DNA of 64,000 nt from Candidatus Latescibacterota bacterium (lineage in GTDB: Bacteria; Latescibacterota; UBA2968): assembly GCA_965205975.1 (NCBI GenBank), contig OZ242195.1, forward strand, positions 4,928,001 through 4,992,000. The letters are read 5' to 3'. The first letter of the stretch is position 1; the number at the start of each line of letters is the position of its first letter. The notes beneath the pieces are model-generated. The model was not told where the DNA came from and did no database searches. It was given only the letters and a program-made list of their open reading frames with translations. Positions 10,734 to 20,196 of this stretch are shown here, one piece after another. A program made the position numbers and the translations under genes.

Positions 10734-11264
10734 ATGAATCGACTTCTACAGCGATGGTTGGAGCGCGAAAAGCCACTATTTCCCAAATTGCGCGCCATTC
10801 CACTATTTCGAGAACTGAACCGCCGAGAGTTGCAGGCGGTAGTGGAACTAATAGAAATTCGCAAGTATTCAACAGGTGATGTCGTTTTTGAACAGGGTGA
10901 TCCGGGAGATGGGGTTTCCGTGGTGTTAAAAGGATGTGTAGAGGTGATTCAGGAGGATGGCGAAGACGGCGAGAAAGTGCTGCTTGCCCAATCTGAAGCC
11001 GGTTCCTTTTTTGGTGAAATAGCACTTTTGGAAGATGCGCCGAGAACAGCAGCAGCAGTGGCAGTAGAAGATACAAAATTGGCACTTTTCCCGCGAGACG
11101 CATTGTATCAGTTGACGGAACAACGACCGCATTTGGGAGTAAAAATTGCCATTCAACTCGCGCGGATTGTCGCGGAGCGATTGCGGCAGACCAATCACAG
11201 TTTGCAGGTTGCTCGAGATGAACTGGCGGTAAAACAAAAAGAGGACGGAAAAGACGAGTCATGA
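10734..11264 (+). CDS. Stand-alone cyclic nucleotide-binding domain protein
   Basis: FEQGDPGD and GSFFGEIALL...PRTA phosphate-binding cassette; no HTH seen. Confidence 0.88.
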   Translation: MNRLLQRWLEREKPLFPKLRAIPLFRELNRRELQAVVELIEIRKYSTGDVVFEQGDPGDGVSVVLKGCVEVIQEDGEDGEKVLLAQSEAGSFFGEIALLEDAPRTAAAVAVEDTKLALFPRDALYQLTEQRPHLGVKIAIQLARIVAERLRQTNHSLQVARDELAVKQKEDGKDES

Positions 11265-12799
11265 ATGAACCCTCTTCCGGCGGCATGAGTACTGCTCAGA
11301 TTTTGCGTATTGTGATTTTTTTGGGCCTCATCGTTTTGATGCTCTGGCTGCTATATACTATTCGAAGTACGCTGGTTCCTTTTTTTATTGCGTTTGTGCT
11401 GTCGTATTTTCTCATGCCCGTGGTTGATTTTCTCGAATCGCACCGCTTAAATCGTTTTATCGCCGTGGTTGTCGTCTTGCTGGCTGTTTTTGCAATTGTG
11501 GTCATTCCGCTTATTGTGGTCGCGCCTATGATTGTGCGCGGTACGGAGGATATGGTCAAGAGCATTATTGGTGAGCAGGGTACCTGGTACTGCGTGGTGG
11601 AAAATACGGGCGACACTGTGGTGACGATTGATCGGTTTGAGAGCGAACTCGAAGATTTTAAGGTTGATGGCTTGCCCCTGGAATTGACACCCGGTGGGGG
11701 AGACGCGGAATCCGCTGCCCCACAGGCCAGCCCAAAAATGGTCGGTGGGCGAGATACCCTGCGCGTGGTATTTTCTCCACAAGCGGATAAACCGCGCCAG
11801 GCGTCTTTGAGGTTGTACGGTTCGTCTGGCAGCCGGGAAGATTCTATTGTGTTGACGCTTAGAGGGAATATGGAGGATGTGTCATCGGTTTCGGATACAA
11901 TGGCTTCGGTTCAATTTGGCACATCTAAAATTTTAATCTCGGCGACAAAACATGCGTTTGGCAAATACAAGCCCAGTTCTTTGATGGCACTCAAGTCGGT
12001 TTATGAAACTTCATTCCTGCCGTGGCTGAAATCAGCTCAGACCTATCTCGAAGAAATTTTGCCAATGCTCAAAGGCCGCGATTGGGAGGAAGAAATTTTA
12101 CCAATGCTCAAGGGCCGCGATTGGATACAGGCCGCGAATCAGTACCTGCAAAACGTCGTGACAATTTTGCTTAAGGAAACTCCCGGATTGGTCGGGCAAT
12201 TGCTATCGGGACTTACCTTGTTCATCATTGTGCCTTTTGCTTTATTCTTTTTTTTAGCAGAGGGCAGAACGATCAAGCGTGCGATTATCGAGCAGGTGCC
12301 AAATCGATATTTTGAACTGATATTAAATCTGTTGCATCGCATTGACAGGCAATTGGGGAGCTATATGCGCGGTATGGTGTTATCTGTAATCATTGTTTCG
12401 ATTCTGTCAAGTACCGGACTTTATATCATCGGTCTGGAACATTTTTTGGTGATTGGTCTTCTCGCTGGTTTGGCCAATGTAATTCCCTATATGGGACCTG
12501 CGATTGGGATTATTGCCGGTGTTGTTGCCGCTGTATTGCAATATTCTGCGCTGAGTTTTGGTGTGGTTATTCCAGTGATTATAGTGTTTGCGATCGTTCA
12601 ACTCGTAGATAATGTTTTTGTCGCTCCTATGGTGGTTGGGCGCAGTGTTAATTTGCATCCTCTGCTCGTCATTTTTGCGGTGTTCGTTGGCAGCGAGTTG
12701 TTTGGCGCAGTTGGCATGTTATTGGCCGTGCCCACAACAGCGGTGATTAAAGTATCTGTGCGGACGATTTATGAGGGGTGGCGAGGTTATTCGGTTTAG
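11261..12799 (+). CDS. AI-2E (PerM) family transporter with an inserted extracytoplasmic Ig-like domain
   Basis: N-terminal TMs (YFLMPVVDFLE); C-terminal IPYMGP, GRSVNLHP and GMLLAVP motifs; ~150-aa soluble insert. Confidence 0.85.
   Translation: MNEPSSGGMSTAQILRIVIFLGLIVLMLWLLYTIRSTLVPFFIAFVLSYFLMPVVDFLESHRLNRFIAVVVVLLAVFAIVVIPLIVVAPMIVRGTEDMVKSIIGEQGTWYCVVENTGDTVVTIDRFESELEDFKVDGLPLELTPGGGDAESAAPQASPKMVGGRDTLRVVFSPQADKPRQASLRLYGSSGSREDSIVLTLRGNMEDVSSVSDTMASVQFGTSKILISATKHAFGKYKPSSLMALKSVYETSFLPWLKSAQTYLEEILPMLKGRDWEEEILPMLKGRDWIQAANQYLQNVVTILLKETPGLVGQLLSGLTLFIIVPFALFFFLAEGRTIKRAIIEQVPNRYFELILNLLHRIDRQLGSYMRGMVLSVIIVSILSSTGLYIIGLEHFLVIGLLAGLANVIPYMGPAIGIIAGVVAAVLQYSALSFGVVIPVIIVFAIVQLVDNVFVAPMVVGRSVNLHPLLVIFAVFVGSELFGAVGMLLAVPTTAVIKVSVRTIYEGWRGYSV
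12050..12124 (+). repeat. 39-bp-period in-frame tandem duplication (EEILPMLKGRDW x2)
   Basis: Two 36-bp copies differing at 2 synonymous positions. Confidence 0.92.
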
Positions 12800-12812
12800 G
12801 AGAGAAGGAGTA

Positions 12813-15533
12813 ATGGAGACGATGAAGAATAAAGCTTTGGAGCGTGCCTACGATCCAAAAGATATTGAAAAGACGTGGTATGATTTTTGGCACAGGAAGG
12901 GATATTTTCGCCCGGAGTTTCGCGAGACAGGTCCCGCCTATACAGTGACGATTCCTCCGCCCAATGTGACGGGGGAGTTGCACATGGGACACGCGTTACA
13001 GCACGCGATTCACGACGCGGTGATTCGGTATAAGCGGATGCGGGGATTTCGCACGCTGTGTTTGCCCGGTACGGATCACGCGGGTATTGGCACGCAGATG
13101 AAGGTGGAGCAAGAGATCTGGGAGAACGAAAAAAAGACGCGCCGCGAAATTGGACGCAGAGACTTGTTGAGACGGATATGGGCCTGGCGGGAAAAATACG
13201 GCAGTACAATTTTGCGACAATTGCGCGAGTTGGGCTGTAGTTATGACTGGTCGCGCGAGCGATTTACAATGGATGAGGAGTACGTGCGGGCGGTGTTGGA
13301 GACATTTGTGCGTTTTTACGAGAAGGGCTGGATTTATCGGGGCAAACGCATGGTGAACTGGTGCCCGCAGTGTGGCACTGTGATTTCCGATCTCGAGGTG
13401 GAAGAAAGAGAGGTCGATAGCCACCTGTGGCATATTCGGTATAAAGGGATAGATGGCGCGCCCGATGTGGTTGTGGCGACAACGCGTCCGGAAACCATGC
13501 TGGGCGATACCGGGGTGGCGGTGCATCCATCTGATGCGCGATGGCGCGATGCTGTGGGTAAAATGGTGATGTTGCCGCTTATGGATCGTCCTATTCCCAT
13601 TGTGGCAGATGACTATGCCGATCCGGAAATGGGGAGTGGTGCGGTGAAGGTGACGCCGGGACACGATCCCAATGATTACGAGATAGGGCAGCGTCACGAT
13701 TTGCCCGAAATCGCGGTTATTGGTCTGAATGGCGAGATGACGGAGAATGCGGGTGCTTATGTTGGGCAGGACCGGTATGCGTGTCGCAAGGCGGTGGTTG
13801 AGGCACTCGACGAGCTGGGGTTGATGGAAAAAATTGAGGATTATACCCACGCGGTGCCCCATCACGACCGCTGTGGCACGGTGATTGAACCGATGCCTAT
13901 GGAGCAGTGGTTTGTGGCGATGCGCGATTTGGCCGATTTAATTTTGCCCCTGATGCGAGAAAAAAAGATCGATTATGTGCCGGATCGGTTTCGAGAATAT
14001 TCGATTGAATGGCTGGAGAATATCCGCGACTGGTGTATTTCGAGGCAATTGTGGTGGGGGCACCGCATTCCGGTGTGGACGTGTGAAAATTGTAGTGCGA
14101 TGATTGTGAATGCAGAGCCGCCCGAATTGTGTACAAAGTGTGGCAGTCAGCAGTTGACGCAAGACCCAGATGTGCTCGATACGTGGTTTTCCTCGGCGCT
14201 GTGGCCTTTTGCAACGCTGGGTTGGCCCGAAGATACAGAGGATTTGAAGCTGTTTCATCCGACGGATTTGATGATTACGGGACGGGATATTTTGTATCTA
14301 TGGGTGATTCGGATGATTATGACGGCTGTTGAATTTGTGGATGAGATTCCGTTCCGGACGGTGCTGGTTCATCCCACGGTGCAAACGCGCGATGGCAAGC
14401 GCATGAGCAAGTCGTTGGGTACGGGAATTGATCCGCGCGAATTGATTGACCGCTATGGCGCGGATGCCACGCGCCTGTCGCTTTTGTATCAATGCGGTAG
14501 TTCGCAGGATATTCGGTTTGATGCCGATGTAAAGGACAATAAGTTGCAAGATTCGCCCATTGCGGAAATGTGCCGAAATTTTTGCAACAAAATTTGGAAT
14601 GCTGCGCGGTTTGTACAAATGAATCTGGACGATCGCGACATTCGCGATGTGGCGTTGCAGACGGTGCCCGAGCCAATTACAGACCTTTCTGATCGGTGGA
14701 TTTTGAGTTTGTACAATCGCACGGTGTTACAGGTTACAGAGGCTTTGGAGGCGTATCGCTTTGATGAAGCAGCGCGCGCGTTGTACGATTTTGTGTGGAG
14801 CGCGTATTGCGATTGGTATGTGGAGATGGCGAAAGTGCGCCTGTATGGCGATGATCAAGACGCCCGTCAAACTGCGCAGTCGGTTTTGTGTGTCGTGTTT
14901 GAAGGCACGTTGCGCCTGTTGCATCCCATCGCGCCTTTTATTTCTGAGGCGTTGTGGCAAACATTTCCACGCAAAGGCGAGGCACTTATTGTCGCGCCCT
15001 GGCCCAAATGCGACAAAACGCAATTTGATAAAGTTGCCGAGCGAGAGATGGCTTTGATGCGGGATGTGGTGGGGGCCGTGCGCCATATTCGAGGTACAAT
15101 GCGTATTCCGCCGGGCAAGCGCGTGGATGTGGTGTGTAAGACGGGGTCTGAGGAGGCGCACGCGATTTTGACGTCTGTTCATGGCTATATGAAGGCGTTG
15201 GGGCGCATTGAAAATTTGACCCTCGGCGCGGCTTTAGAACGCCCGGCAGCGTCTGCGAGTGCTGTGGTTGGTGATGTGGAAATTTTCGTGCCTTTGGCCG
15301 GCGTGATTGATCTCGCTGTGGAGCGCCAGAGATTGGAGAAGGAGATTGGGGGATTGGAAAAGGCACTGGGGGGATTGGAGAAGAAGTTGAGCAATGCGGG
15401 TTTTTTGAACAATGCCCCCGCAGAGGTCGTGGCAAAAGAACGCGAGCGCGAGCGCGAGTATCGGGATACATTGTCGAAGTTGCGGGAAAATCTGGCTGTA
15501 ATTTCAGAGGGAGATTCAAATGTCGAACGTTAG
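12813..15533 (+). CDS. valS: Valine--tRNA ligase
   Basis: PPPNVTG, HMGH, DWCISRQLWWGH and RMSKS motifs; C-terminal coiled coil. Confidence 0.97.
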   Translation: METMKNKALERAYDPKDIEKTWYDFWHRKGYFRPEFRETGPAYTVTIPPPNVTGELHMGHALQHAIHDAVIRYKRMRGFRTLCLPGTDHAGIGTQMKVEQEIWENEKKTRREIGRRDLLRRIWAWREKYGSTILRQLRELGCSYDWSRERFTMDEEYVRAVLETFVRFYEKGWIYRGKRMVNWCPQCGTVISDLEVEEREVDSHLWHIRYKGIDGAPDVVVATTRPETMLGDTGVAVHPSDARWRDAVGKMVMLPLMDRPIPIVADDYADPEMGSGAVKVTPGHDPNDYEIGQRHDLPEIAVIGLNGEMTENAGAYVGQDRYACRKAVVEALDELGLMEKIEDYTHAVPHHDRCGTVIEPMPMEQWFVAMRDLADLILPLMREKKIDYVPDRFREYSIEWLENIRDWCISRQLWWGHRIPVWTCENCSAMIVNAEPPELCTKCGSQQLTQDPDVLDTWFSSALWPFATLGWPEDTEDLKLFHPTDLMITGRDILYLWVIRMIMTAVEFVDEIPFRTVLVHPTVQTRDGKRMSKSLGTGIDPRELIDRYGADATRLSLLYQCGSSQDIRFDADVKDNKLQDSPIAEMCRNFCNKIWNAARFVQMNLDDRDIRDVALQTVPEPITDLSDRWILSLYNRTVLQVTEALEAYRFDEAARALYDFVWSAYCDWYVEMAKVRLYGDDQDARQTAQSVLCVVFEGTLRLLHPIAPFISEALWQTFPRKGEALIVAPWPKCDKTQFDKVAEREMALMRDVVGAVRHIRGTMRIPPGKRVDVVCKTGSEEAHAILTSVHGYMKALGRIENLTLGAALERPAASASAVVGDVEIFVPLAGVIDLAVERQRLEKEIGGLEKALGGLEKKLSNAGFLNNAPAEVVAKEREREREYRDTLSKLRENLAVISEGDSNVER

Positions 15534-16518
15534 ATTTGGTATTATGGGATTGGGGCGCGGTCGCGGAGCAGCAAAACAGGTGGCAGCAGCAGAGGGTAGC
15601 GCGTTGGTTTGCGTGTGTGATTTACAGGAAGACAAGGCCGTGGAGCAGGCCGAAATATATGGATGCGACTGGACGACGAATTACAAGGCGATGTTTGCGC
15701 GCGATGATATCGATGCGATCGGTATCTATACGTCCAGTGGCACGCATTGCGATTACGCCATTGAAGCGATAGAAGCAGGCAAACATGCATTTGTCACCAA
15801 ACCGATGGATATTCTCGTGGAAAAGTGCGATGCGGCGATTCAGGCGGCAAAAGATGCGGGGAAGGTTCTGGCAGTGGATTTTGGAAATCGCTATTCTAAG
15901 GCAAACCAGCAATTGAAGGCAGCCATTGATCAGGGGATCATTGGACAGATTTTTTTGGGTGATGTGAAGATGAAGTGGTGGCGCGAGCAGAGCTATTACA
16001 ATGGGGGTTTTCCCATGGGGTGGCGCAGCCGCAAAGAGACAGAGGGCGGCTCGATAGCCAATCAGGGTGTGCATTTTGTCGATCTCATCTGCTGGTTGCT
16101 CGGCCCGGTAAAGGAAGTTTATGGGCGCAGTGCAACCATGACACACGATATTGAAACGGAAGATATTACAATTGCACAGTTGACATTTCAAAGCGGCGCG
16201 TGGGGGCTGATTACGACCACGACATCGAGTTATCCAAATTTGGGGACACAAGTGGAGATCAGCGGCACGGAAGGTACTGTCCGGTGGGATCAACGCGGTG
16301 GTATAGAAGTGATGACAAAGGATGAGGAATTGGTAGATTTGAGCCGTTTTGAAGTGCCTGATGCGCCAGCCGATATTGCAGAGGATATGGTTTCTGCTAT
16401 CACCAAAGGCACGGCCCCTGTGGTGTCGGGTGAAGAGGGGCGAAAGTCTGTTGAGCTCTTTTGTGCAGCTTATGCGTCTTCAAAATCGGGTTCCCCTGTG
16501 GTTATTGATCAGGGGTAA
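15520..16518 (+). CDS. Gfo/Idh/MocA family oxidoreductase
   Basis: N-terminal Rossmann fold, GKHAFVTKP and GG...NQGVHFVD motifs. Confidence 0.9.
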   Translation: MSNVRFGIMGLGRGRGAAKQVAAAEGSALVCVCDLQEDKAVEQAEIYGCDWTTNYKAMFARDDIDAIGIYTSSGTHCDYAIEAIEAGKHAFVTKPMDILVEKCDAAIQAAKDAGKVLAVDFGNRYSKANQQLKAAIDQGIIGQIFLGDVKMKWWREQSYYNGGFPMGWRSRKETEGGSIANQGVHFVDLICWLLGPVKEVYGRSATMTHDIETEDITIAQLTFQSGAWGLITTTTSSYPNLGTQVEISGTEGTVRWDQRGGIEVMTKDEELVDLSRFEVPDAPADIAEDMVSAITKGTAPVVSGEEGRKSVELFCAAYASSKSGSPVVIDQG

Positions 16519-16521
16519 AAC

Positions 16522-17010
16522 ATGTCTGAACGGTTGGAAGTGAAACTCGGAATATTGCTTCGAGAACGAGGCTGGACCATTGCAGTTGCAGAGACCACAA
16601 CAGGGGGGTTGATTAGTGCCCGCATTGTTTCGGTTCCGGGCAGTTCAGCTTATTACGAGCGGGGGGTTATTGCGTATAGCGCGCTGTCTAAACGCGAGAT
16701 GCTGGGGATAGATGTGCAGGTGATGGATACGTATGGTGCAGTGAGTGCAGAAGCCGCGCGCGCAATGGCTAAAGGTGCGAGAAAGGTGAGTGGTGCAGAT
16801 TTGGGTCTGGCCGAGACCGGGATCGCAGGCCCCATTCGCGGTCGGTCGCCCAAGCCCATCGGTACGGCGTATATCGCAGTTGCCGGTGCAGGAGGTGTGG
16901 TGTGTAGAGATTTTCGATTTGATGGGGATCGCGATGAGATTCGCAATGCGATAGCAGATGCTGCCCTGCAGATGGTGATTGAGGCGGGAAAAAAAGCAAT
17001 TGATAACTGA
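16522..17010 (+). CDS. CinA C-terminal / PncC NMN amidohydrolase family protein
   Basis: AETTTGG, PGSSAY, GAVS and TGIAGP motifs. Confidence 0.88.
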   Translation: MSERLEVKLGILLRERGWTIAVAETTTGGLISARIVSVPGSSAYYERGVIAYSALSKREMLGIDVQVMDTYGAVSAEAARAMAKGARKVSGADLGLAETGIAGPIRGRSPKPIGTAYIAVAGAGGVVCRDFRFDGDRDEIRNAIADAALQMVIEAGKKAIDN

Positions 17011-17090
17011 TAACTTGCTTTTTTGCGCGTTCAGCCGTATTTTCAGTGCCCTGTGCGATGTTCAATAAGTTCTGGGGTTTGGAGGCTTGT

Positions 17091-17441
17091 ATGAGAATTT
17101 CGGAAAAAATCCGCGGGGATGTCGCTGTCTTAACCCTGTCGGGTGAATTGATGAGCGGTCCCGAGGTTGCCCCGTTCCAAGATCATATTAAGAGACTTGC
17201 AAATGAGGGCGTAAAAAAAGTGGTGGTTGATTTTTCCAGGGTGAGATGGTTTGGCAGTGCCATGCTGGGCGTGCTAACGGCGAGTTTGACGACGCTGCGC
17301 GGTGAAGGCGGCGATTTGAGATTGACGGGTGTTACCAGGAAGATTGAAAGTATTTTGATGGTTACTCAGTTGGCAAATATTTTTAAGACCCTGGATACGG
17401 TAGATCGAGCTGTGGAAAGTTTTGCAGATCAGGATGCGTAG
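17091..17441 (+). CDS. STAS domain anti-sigma factor antagonist
   Basis: LSGEL...VVVDFSRV...GSAMLG pattern; GGAGG RBS. Confidence 0.85.
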   Translation: MRISEKIRGDVAVLTLSGELMSGPEVAPFQDHIKRLANEGVKKVVVDFSRVRWFGSAMLGVLTASLTTLRGEGGDLRLTGVTRKIESILMVTQLANIFKTLDTVDRAVESFADQDA

Positions 17442-17453
17442 AGATTTTTTTAG

Positions 17454-17819
17454 ATGAGAGTCAAAGTTGACATTCGCGACCAGGTTGCGGTTATGACTGT
17501 ATCGGGTACCCTTATGAGTGGTCCTACAGTCGTTCCTTTTCAACACTATGTCGAAGAGGTCATGGCCGATGGTATTACAAATGTCGTGGTCGATTTTTCC
17601 AAGGTGAAGTGGTTTGGCAGTACGATGTTGGGCGTATTAGCGGTCAGCCTGGAGATGTTGAGAAATGCCGGAGGCGACCTCAGGCTGGCCGGTATTGCAA
17701 ATCGGATGGAGAGTTTGATGATGGTCGGAAAGTTGTCGTCGCATTTTCGCACGTTGGAATCCGTTGACGCGGCTATCGAAAGCTTTGTATCCGACCCGCC
17801 GGGGAGACGGGAACTATAA
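17454..17819 (+). CDS. STAS domain anti-sigma factor antagonist, tandem paralog
   Basis: VVVDFSKVKWFGSTMLG; clearly similar to the preceding gene. Confidence 0.85.
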   Translation: MRVKVDIRDQVAVMTVSGTLMSGPTVVPFQHYVEEVMADGITNVVVDFSKVKWFGSTMLGVLAVSLEMLRNAGGDLRLAGIANRMESLMMVGKLSSHFRTLESVDAAIESFVSDPPGRREL

Positions 17820-17857
17820 ATCGCCCCAAACTATTATCTATATTTTCGTTTATAAAA

Positions 17858-17893
17858 AAGGGGTGCGATTATATCGCAATCCCTTCTTCTTTT
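17858..17893 (+). terminator. Probable intrinsic terminator
   Basis: aagggg-tgcgat/atcgca-atccctt stem followed by a T-rich tail. Confidence 0.6.
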
Positions 17894-17951
17894 GGGAAGA
17901 AAATACCGCAAAGTATTTTAGCCCTATCGACCCGGCGATGAGGTTATATCA

Positions 17952-20096
17952 TTGAAAGGAGATACATCTGTGTTGCATCGTATGATTCCCTCAGCACTGA
18001 TTTTTTTATGTGCTTTTGTACAGTGCAGCGAAAAACAACCCTTGCCACCCAAATACACCGGCGACCTTCCGCAATTGCAGGATCGCGGCGTATTGCGGGT
18101 GATTGTCCGTCCAGATCCGATTACCTATATGCCTCGGCAGGCGGATCCAGTGACGCTCAACTACGATATCGCTCGTGGCTTAGCCGAATCACTCAAGCTG
18201 AATCTGGAGATTGTAAAGGTCACAAGTTATTCACAGATGATGGAGAAATTGCTGACAGGCGAGGGCGATATTGTCGCTTCCAGCCTGACAATTACGCCAG
18301 AGCGGGAAGCGCGTGCGGCGTTTTCAGTGCCATATCTCTACGTGGATGAATATCTGGTTACGGCGTCTGGTGACAGTTTGCCCGAGAAGATTGCAGATCT
18401 CGCTGGTATGGCGATCAGCGTGCGGCAGTCCAGTTCGTACTATCAGACCCTGGTCAAAATTCAGCAACAGGTTCCGTCTTTGAACATCCACACTGTACCG
18501 GAAACGCTCAGTATCGAGAACTTGCTGGAAGGGGTTGCAAGCGGCAAATACGCAGCGACTGTATCCGACGCGCATTTGTGGCACGCCTTGTCTGGCTATT
18601 ACGACAGTTTGGTCACGCCGATAGTACTGGCTGAAGATCGTCCACTTGCCCTGATGATGCGCCCAAACGATGCAAAGCTCAAGGTTGCGGTGGATGAGTA
18701 TTTGCTGGCGCATCAATTTACGCGGCATCGTCAGCAGGAATTTACCGATGATTTGCCCGGTTTGAAGGAACGCCGCCGGTTGCGGATGATTACGCGCAAT
18801 AATGCGATGACTTATTTTATCTATCGGGGAAAGCAGGTGGGGTTCGAATACGAACTTATGAAGCGGTTTGCCTCGGAACACGGCCTGCGTCTCGAAATTG
18901 TCATTCCGGACAGTCATGCCGAACTGTTGCCGTATTTGAATGAAGGCAAGGGCGATGTCGTGGCGTCGGCAATGACTATTACTGAGGAACGGCAAGAGCA
19001 GGCGGCATTTACGCAACCGTATAAGGAAGTGAATGAACTGGTGGTGGTGCATGCGGATGACGATTCGATTGCCAGTCTTCAGGATCTGGCTGGGCGGACG
19101 ATACATGTGCGTGCCAGTTCTTCGTTTTATACGACGCTGATGGCGTTGCGGGATTCCATCAAAGGTCTTGAGATTGCGATAGTGCCCGATGACGTAGAAA
19201 CCGAAGATATTTTAGCCGGAGTTGAAGAGGGTATTTATGACCTCACGATGTGCGATTCCCATTTGTTCGATATAGAACGCGCGTATGGTCGCCGCCTCAA
19301 AGCCGCTTTGAGTATAAAGCCCACGGCACTGGGCTGGGCGGTTCGCAAGGACAATTCAGAGTTGCTGGCGGCATTGAACGAATATATAAAAGAAGAAAAA
19401 GGCGGCTTGTTTTTTAATATGATGAAAAAGAGGTATTTTAAGAGCACGCGCGCCGTTGCCAGAGCCAAAGATTCAATGCGGGTCGGGTTGAGCGGACAGT
19501 TGTCGCCTTATGATGATCTGACAAAAAAATACGCCTCTCAATACGGGCAGGACTGGCGTCTGATTACCGCACAGATGTACCAGGAATCCAGATTCGATCC
19601 AGAGGCCGTTAGTTGGGTCGGCGCGCAGGGGCTGATGCAGGTGATGCCGAGTACGGGAGAGGAGTTGGGATTCACCGATCTTCATGAACCCCAGGAGAGC
19701 ATTCACGCCGGGGTCAAGTATATGCGTCAGCTTATCAATCGGTTTGATCACAATCTGCCGATGGAAGTGCGGATTCGCTTTGCTCTGGCTTCTTATAATG
19801 TGGGATACGGCCATGTGCTCGACGCCCGCCGCCTGGCGCGAGAAATGGGATGGGATTCCAACCGCTGGTTTGGCAACGTGGAAAAGGCGATGCGATTGTT
19901 GTCCCAACCGGACTATTACGAGCGGGCGCGATACGGTTTCTGCCGTGGCGGCCAGCCCGTGCATTATGTCGAAAATATTCAGCGTTTCTACGATGCTTAT
20001 GTCGAAGTACTCAATACGGCGATACCCGTGAAGGTGACACAACCGCTTAGTTCGGGCTTCGTCGGACCTCCGTCCGTTGCAGAAGACCGTCGCTGA
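17952..20096 (+). CDS. MltF-like lytic transglycosylase: two tandem SBP family-3 domains plus SLT domain (start uncertain)
   Basis: Two PBPb repeats; MYQESRF, GLMQVMP and ASYNVG SLT motifs. Confidence 0.88.
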   Translation: MKGDTSVLHRMIPSALIFLCAFVQCSEKQPLPPKYTGDLPQLQDRGVLRVIVRPDPITYMPRQADPVTLNYDIARGLAESLKLNLEIVKVTSYSQMMEKLLTGEGDIVASSLTITPEREARAAFSVPYLYVDEYLVTASGDSLPEKIADLAGMAISVRQSSSYYQTLVKIQQQVPSLNIHTVPETLSIENLLEGVASGKYAATVSDAHLWHALSGYYDSLVTPIVLAEDRPLALMMRPNDAKLKVAVDEYLLAHQFTRHRQQEFTDDLPGLKERRRLRMITRNNAMTYFIYRGKQVGFEYELMKRFASEHGLRLEIVIPDSHAELLPYLNEGKGDVVASAMTITEERQEQAAFTQPYKEVNELVVVHADDDSIASLQDLAGRTIHVRASSSFYTTLMALRDSIKGLEIAIVPDDVETEDILAGVEEGIYDLTMCDSHLFDIERAYGRRLKAALSIKPTALGWAVRKDNSELLAALNEYIKEEKGGLFFNMMKKRYFKSTRAVARAKDSMRVGLSGQLSPYDDLTKKYASQYGQDWRLITAQMYQESRFDPEAVSWVGAQGLMQVMPSTGEELGFTDLHEPQESIHAGVKYMRQLINRFDHNLPMEVRIRFALASYNVGYGHVLDARRLAREMGWDSNRWFGNVEKAMRLLSQPDYYERARYGFCRGGQPVHYVENIQRFYDAYVEVLNTAIPVKVTQPLSSGFVGPPSVAEDRR

Positions 20097-20196
20097 GTTA
20101 TAATAACCAATGGTGAGGTTATCTGTTATTGAGCGACCATATAGAATTGCAATCGTCATTGCGGCCTGATTTTGAGCCGCGATTCAGAGGGGCAAT

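Noticed and set aside
15329..15385. Repeated GGATTGGA motifs in valS
   Set aside because: They encode the heptad coiled coil (LEK repeats) of the ValRS C-terminus.
20097..20196. Possible integron attC or att site at the R-M island edge
   Set aside because: Only a short gcggc/gccgc hairpin; no convincing R''/R' boxes and no integrase or tRNA nearby.
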